Of a stretch of DNA of 64,000 nucleotides, positions 59,295 through 64,000 are shown in pieces. The notes below the pieces were generated by a model. The model was not told where the DNA came from and ran no database searches. It worked only from the letters and a program-made list of their open reading frames with translations. The position numbers were made by a program, and so were the translations under genes. Numbering within the stretch: the stretch's first letter is position 1; each line of letters opens with the position of its first letter. This DNA comes from Candidatus Zixiibacteriota bacterium (GTDB lineage: Bacteria > Zixibacteria > MSB-5A5 > GN15 > JAAZOE01), in NCBI GenBank assembly GCA_043819555.1, contig JBDREQ010000066.1:32001-96000 (forward strand), given 5' to 3'.

Positions 59295-60863
59295 TCAAAA
59301 CTTATATGAATAAGATACCTCGATTATGTTCGACGTGTAATATTCGGCATAAGGCCTGGACATATCGGCCAGGTTGTCAAAATTATCGATCGTATAAGTA
59401 ATTTCTAATTTGTGGACGGGAGTTATTGAATAAATTCCCTTAAAATATATTCGGGAACTTTCTATATCCACATCCTGCTGACTTCGCACATACTGGCCGC
59501 CGATACCTGTCTGAAATTCACGGTATACCGGACTCATATAATTGCCGCTTAAGATATAATCGCTGAATTCGAATGAACCGCTCATATTATCATAGACACC
59601 TTTCAAATATGAAAATTGAAAATCCAGTCCACCCATTCCCGATTTTGTCAATTGGCCCTCAAGGCTCCATTTCCCATAACTTGATTCGCTCCCAATTTCG
59701 TTATTCTCTATTTTTTTATTTTCTCTTAGTATGCGAACATTGCCATATTCCCGCGGCAAGTCATATTTGAGCGATACCCGGTAGCGTGAATAATCCCTGT
59801 CGCCAGTTAACGTTTCCCCTTCGTTAACAGCCCGATTTTCGGAACCATAATTGGCTTTGGCGGTCATTTGAGGCGATAGTTTGGCCCAGCCCGACAAATA
59901 ATATCCCCTGGACGATAATTCATCCGGGATCATGTCGTTTACTTTATGGCGATATCCAAGAGTAATTCCTGCCGTTTGCGGCCATACTTTGCTGACAAAA
60001 AACCCTTGCGTTATATTATCGGTTGCGGTCAGATCTCCGGTCCGCCGTGCTCGATCCCAGATAAAGTCGTATTTCAAACTATATCCTGAGCCATAATTAT
60101 ACTTCACCCCGCCCCAAACCGTATTCGCAGAAAGGGTATCGAATCGATTCTTGACTTTAGTCGTGTAATGCTGAAACCCGCTGTTGAGAATAACTTTTTG
60201 ATAAAACGGCAGTTGGATTACCGCGTTGATTCTGGCACGTGACGAATTACGATCATTATCCCAAACTAAATCGTCATTAAATGACGTTGACCGATAATCT
60301 GCCTGGAAATTATAGTAGAAATGCGTAAAACGAAAACCGGAATTAAAATATTTCTGGCTATAATTTATCTTGTTCTTTAAAATGGCTGGACCGATGCTGT
60401 ACAGATTGGCCGCATATCCTTCTTTCCCAACTGAACCGATTCCTCCATATAAGCGAATCATTCGATGCGGCTGAAACCACGCATTGCCGCCGATAGTCTT
60501 TCTTTCGGTATTGGCGGAACCCGTTGAATTATAAATCCTGCGATATTGATTATAATTCAGATTAATTCCATAGTTTCCCGACTTCGATAAACCCAATGAG
60601 AGGTCTCGATTTTTTAACGTGATATTTTTGAAATCGGCATTCACACGAGTGCCATTATTGAAACGATAATTAAATTTTTCAAGAGATATCTGAAGTCCGT
60701 TATACATATTAAAATTGGGATGATAAACACTCAAACTACCTTCTTCAGATAAATTCAAATAGCCAACTTTGACCACTCCGGTTGACTGCTCGGCCATCGC
60801 TAACGCGGCCGATAACAGGAGAACAGCCGCAACCAGACAGATTATTTTATAAGTTTCGTACAA
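59295..60863 (-). CDS. Outer-membrane beta-barrel porin, MtrB/PioB-like position
   Basis: Signal peptide, amphipathic beta-strands, terminal YSYKF; lies between two multiheme cytochromes. Confidence 0.75.
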   Translation of the reverse strand: MYETYKIICLVAAVLLLSAALAMAEQSTGVVKVGYLNLSEEGSLSVYHPNFNMYNGLQISLEKFNYRFNNGTRVNADFKNITLKNRDLSLGLSKSGNYGINLNYNQYRRIYNSTGSANTERKTIGGNAWFQPHRMIRLYGGIGSVGKEGYAANLYSIGPAILKNKINYSQKYFNSGFRFTHFYYNFQADYRSTSFNDDLVWDNDRNSSRARINAVIQLPFYQKVILNSGFQHYTTKVKNRFDTLSANTVWGGVKYNYGSGYSLKYDFIWDRARRTGDLTATDNITQGFFVSKVWPQTAGITLGYRHKVNDMIPDELSSRGYYLSGWAKLSPQMTAKANYGSENRAVNEGETLTGDRDYSRYRVSLKYDLPREYGNVRILRENKKIENNEIGSESSYGKWSLEGQLTKSGMGGLDFQFSYLKGVYDNMSGSFEFSDYILSGNYMSPVYREFQTGIGGQYVRSQQDVDIESSRIYFKGIYSITPVHKLEITYTIDNFDNLADMSRPYAEYYTSNIIEVSYSYKF

Positions 60864-60880
60864 CAAGGCTCTTCTCCCTT

Positions 60881-61786
60881 TTAATTGTACCGGTGGCAAT
60901 AACATGCCTCCGGTTTTCCTGTTAGTTTAAGACCCAGATCCTGGTCAAGTAAAAAGCGGTTTCTAAAATCGAATGTACCATGAACCTGACTGTGGCAATC
61001 AATACATTCAAGATAGGCAAAATCTCCATCGTGCGCCGTAGCGGAATGCCCGACTCCATTACTGTGGCATTGCAGACATAAACCGTTGCCCGGCTGAGTC
61101 ATGAGCCTTTCATTGGGGCTTCCGTGCGGCGAATGGCACGAAGTACATCCTGAACCTTCGGTCGAAAAAGTACTCGTGGCCTCATGTTCGGCCATAAAGG
61201 GCCCGCTCTGCTCGGGGTGACAGGAAGCGCAATTGACGCCAACCCCATGGCCAAAGCCTGGCGATCCCTTTCCCGTAAAATCATGACATCCGGTGCACGT
61301 GGCGCCGCCAAAACCGATAGGATGACTTGACCGTTGAATGAATTCATTGACAACAGCGTTGTGACATTTTTCACAAATCGAAGCATCATCATGATTAATC
61401 GCATTTCTCTCGCCGGCATGAATGGCGTGGCATGAAATGCACGATAAGTCAAGCTCAGCATGAGATATCAATCCGGAAGCGCTTGCATTGAGATGCGGAT
61501 TATGGCAATCTGAGCAAATATCCCCAATCTCGTGTGTCTCTGATGTAGCTGGATTTATTATATTATTTGTCGCTGGATCGTCAACATGGGCCTCGCCGTC
61601 ACCATGACAGCTTGTACAGCCGATTACAATCGAGCCGGCTCGAGCCTTTGACTCCAAAGCATGCGGACTGTCAATAATTGTCTTCTCATATCCTTCATGG
61701 CAATCCAGACAGGTTTCACTTGTGACTTGGCCAAATCCTATTTGATATCCTAAAATCAGAAAAATAATTAATAATTTTACCTGCAT
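60881..61786 (-). CDS. DmsE/MtrA-family periplasmic decaheme cytochrome c
   Basis: 10 CxxCH motifs, GPF..EH and CTSCHSPHGS signature, plus a C-terminal CYCH. Confidence 0.88.
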   Translation of the reverse strand: MQVKLLIIFLILGYQIGFGQVTSETCLDCHEGYEKTIIDSPHALESKARAGSIVIGCTSCHGDGEAHVDDPATNNIINPATSETHEIGDICSDCHNPHLNASASGLISHAELDLSCISCHAIHAGERNAINHDDASICEKCHNAVVNEFIQRSSHPIGFGGATCTGCHDFTGKGSPGFGHGVGVNCASCHPEQSGPFMAEHEATSTFSTEGSGCTSCHSPHGSPNERLMTQPGNGLCLQCHSNGVGHSATAHDGDFAYLECIDCHSQVHGTFDFRNRFLLDQDLGLKLTGKPEACYCHRYN

Positions 61787-61955
61787 CTTTTTTACCAGCC
61801 TCCTGTCTCTTTGCAAACGATAACTATTTTACTCATTTCAATAATACCATACTATTTCTATCGTCATTAAAGCAAGGTGCTTTATCTTAAATAAAAATAT
61901 TTTTTATATGCGACTAATTATGTCCCGTTTTATTCGCGGTTTTTTTATTTGTCTA

Positions 61956-62231
61956 TTAAATCAATGCTGCCACGGCAGCGGTGCGGTCGCGCCGAAAAAG
62001 CTTCAAAATGTCGTCGACCGGACATTCCTCGCAATTTAGATTGACATGGGTTGTAATTATTGAGGATAGATTGTCATCGAAAAGCGAAGCGTACTTATTG
62101 GTGTATTGCTTTTTTGCAAGAATATTCGCCCCCCGCAATACATCGCAGTCTTCACAATTTGGAACCTTGCGCACATTTGCCAGCATTGCGGCAATTTCCT
62201 TTGCCGCCGGTTTTCTTCTTAACGAAAACAT
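61956..62231 (-). CDS. Small hypothetical protein with two CxxC motifs
   Basis: CEDC and CEEC; GGGGAG RBS before MFSLRR. Confidence 0.55.
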   Translation of the reverse strand: MFSLRRKPAAKEIAAMLANVRKVPNCEDCDVLRGANILAKKQYTNKYASLFDDNLSSIITTHVNLNCEECPVDDILKLFRRDRTAAVAALI

Positions 62232-62350
62232 TGACTCCCCATTACCAGGATAATTCACACTCATAATATTAAACGAAAGTTTTTAGAGAACAGGCAATAA
62301 TAAAATTCGTGAGGGAGTATTTTTTTCAATAAATGACCCGATAGGTCTGT

Positions 62351-63049
62351 TTAACCAACGATATCGCCCAAACGCGACCACCGAACCCTTTGGAAAAAAT
62401 GCTGCATATTATAAAATACTGACTTCGGAATTGATGTTAAATCGGCTAAAGTCACTTCCGGAGCCTTTTCATCGGGCGTCCATGACCAGTGAATCATCAT
62501 GGCCTGCCCCTGGATTAATTCAAGATCAACCGGCCCCCAAAACCTGGAATCATAGCTATTATCGCGATTGTCCCCCATGCAAAAGATATGGTTTTGCGGA
62601 ACCAGGAATTTTGGGATATTATCTCGCCGATTATGCCCTAAACCCGGAGGCAGGATTTTCGAGTCAGTGAATTTGGAGAATTCCGGATTGGGGAAGCGAA
62701 CCCCGTCAACATATAAAACTTTGTCGATTACTTCCACCACCTGACCTTCGGTGGCGACGCAGCGCTTGATATAATTTGTTTCCCGATCGACCGGAAATCG
62801 AAAAACAACCACATCGCCCGGCTTTGGATTTCTGAAGGCGGGCAATCGCCAATTGGTCAATGGAATCTGGGCGCCATAGATAAATTTATTGGCCAGAAAA
62901 AAATCGCCGACAAGCATCGTATCTTCCATAGATGAAGAAGGTATTTTATAAGCTTCCACGACTGAAGTTTTTATAATAAACGCCAGGACCAGGGCAATAA
63001 TTAATGACTTGGCGTATTCATATGTTCCGGTAGATATTTTTTTTGTCAA
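62351..63049 (-). CDS. lepB: Signal peptidase I
   Basis: PSSSMEDT (Ser), YIKRC (Lys), MGDNRDNSYDSR. Confidence 0.93.
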   Translation of the reverse strand: MTKKISTGTYEYAKSLIIALVLAFIIKTSVVEAYKIPSSSMEDTMLVGDFFLANKFIYGAQIPLTNWRLPAFRNPKPGDVVVFRFPVDRETNYIKRCVATEGQVVEVIDKVLYVDGVRFPNPEFSKFTDSKILPPGLGHNRRDNIPKFLVPQNHIFCMGDNRDNSYDSRFWGPVDLELIQGQAMMIHWSWTPDEKAPEVTLADLTSIPKSVFYNMQHFFQRVRWSRLGDIVG

Positions 63050-63131
63050 ATCGCCTCCGCGCAATAATTGAAATTTTCACGACATAAATTTATATAACCC
63101 TTTTATTGAGAAAAGGTGACATTCTTCTGCA

Positions 63132-63860
63132 TTAATCAACGGTCTTCGCAAAACGATCCCAGCGAATCCGGCCTAAAAATCGGGTTGTGTTATCCCAAAC
63201 CGAACCCGGTATAGTTGTTAAATCGGTCATATCAATCTGGGTAGCGTCTTTATCTTCCGCAATCGACCATTGAATCATAAAAACATACCCTTCAATAAAC
63301 TCAAGAGGCACTATCCCCCAAAATCTTGAGTCTCTGCTATTATCGCGATTATCGCCCATCGCGAATACTGATCCCTGTGGCACCCGGTATGGCCCAAAAT
63401 TATCACGCTGCGGCACAAATCGATCAGGATTCTTTCCATCAATATATTTCGAGAATTCAGCGTCGGGGAATATTTCACCGTCAACATACAGGATTTTATT
63501 TTTCACTTCCACAATCTGCCCTTCAACAGCGACACAGCGCTTGACATAATCTGTTTTGCCGTCGAGAGGGTACTTAAAAGTAATTATATCCCCCGGCTGT
63601 GGCGGCCTGACCGCCGGCAGTCGCCAATTAGTAAACGGTATTTTTACGCCATACAGGAACTTATTGGAGATTATCAAATCGCCAACAAGGAGAGTATCTT
63701 CCATTGATGACGAAGGCACTTTGTAAGCTTCGGCTATTGATGTTTTAATGATAAAGGCCGCAACCACGGCGAATAATATCGCCTTAGCGTAATCAAATGA
63801 TTGGCTAACCACCGTTTTTTTCTTTATCGATTCTTTTTTCTTCTTCTGTTTCTGTGACAT
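63132..63860 (-). CDS. lepB: Signal peptidase I (paralog)
   Basis: PSSSMEDT, YVKRC and MGDNRDNSRDSR. Confidence 0.93.
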   Translation of the reverse strand: MSQKQKKKKESIKKKTVVSQSFDYAKAILFAVVAAFIIKTSIAEAYKVPSSSMEDTLLVGDLIISNKFLYGVKIPFTNWRLPAVRPPQPGDIITFKYPLDGKTDYVKRCVAVEGQIVEVKNKILYVDGEIFPDAEFSKYIDGKNPDRFVPQRDNFGPYRVPQGSVFAMGDNRDNSRDSRFWGIVPLEFIEGYVFMIQWSIAEDKDATQIDMTDLTTIPGSVWDNTTRFLGRIRWDRFAKTVD

Positions 63861-63877
63861 TAATATCTAAACTCGTC

Positions 63878-64000
63878 TTACCCGGTGATTACTCGCGCGA
63901 TATCGTTGTAAGTCACCATTATTATCACAACCAGCAAAAATACCAGCCCAATTTGCTGAGCAATTGCACGCTGGTTAATTGTTAACGGTTTTCCCTTAAT
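63878..64000 (-). CDS. rseP: RIP metalloprotease RseP, C-terminal 40 aa (partial)
   Basis: IKGKPLTINQRAIAQQIGLVFLLVVIIMVTYNDIAR matches the typical RseP C-terminus. Confidence 0.75.
   Translation of the reverse strand: MKGKPLTINQRAIAQQIGLVFLLVVIIMVTYNDIARVITG

Overview
Bacterial chromosomal segment (about 43-45% GC by eye). It probably comes from an FCB-group organism such as candidate phylum Zixibacteria; this is inferred from the many dockerin/cohesin and FlgD-Ig/'T9SS-type A'-like C-terminal domains and the CxxxY-type CcmE. Housekeeping content: ahcY-metK-nucleotidyltransferase, tRNA-Ala(CGC)-ffs-dnaX-ybaB-recR, mscS, acpS, nrdJ with tandem NrdR boxes, a fused 2-oxoacid dehydrogenase E1, ccmABCDEF, two lepB and partial rseP. 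Accessory content: an uncharacterised 4-gene membrane module (DUF6754-like), an ECF sigma/anti-sigma/DUF4097 operon, dockerin- and cohesin-bearing secreted proteins, a PEP-CTERM protein with a sigma54 promoter, a cobalamin riboswitch-btuB-BtuG-like locus, and an MtrA/MtrB-like porin-cytochrome conduit with a multiheme lipoprotein. Signals outside the ORF track: a multi-hairpin C-loop sRNA candidate behind an ECF-type promoter (about 10958-11096), a 6S-like rod-shaped RNA (19592-19768), an A9 slippage site in dnaX with stops in both alternative frames, a 34-aa ccmD, two REP-like repeat families, and a lipoprotein packed with D-(S/T)-hydrophobic O-glycosylation sequons. No CRISPR array, rRNA, transposase or prophage was seen. 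All calls are by eye; no database searches were run.
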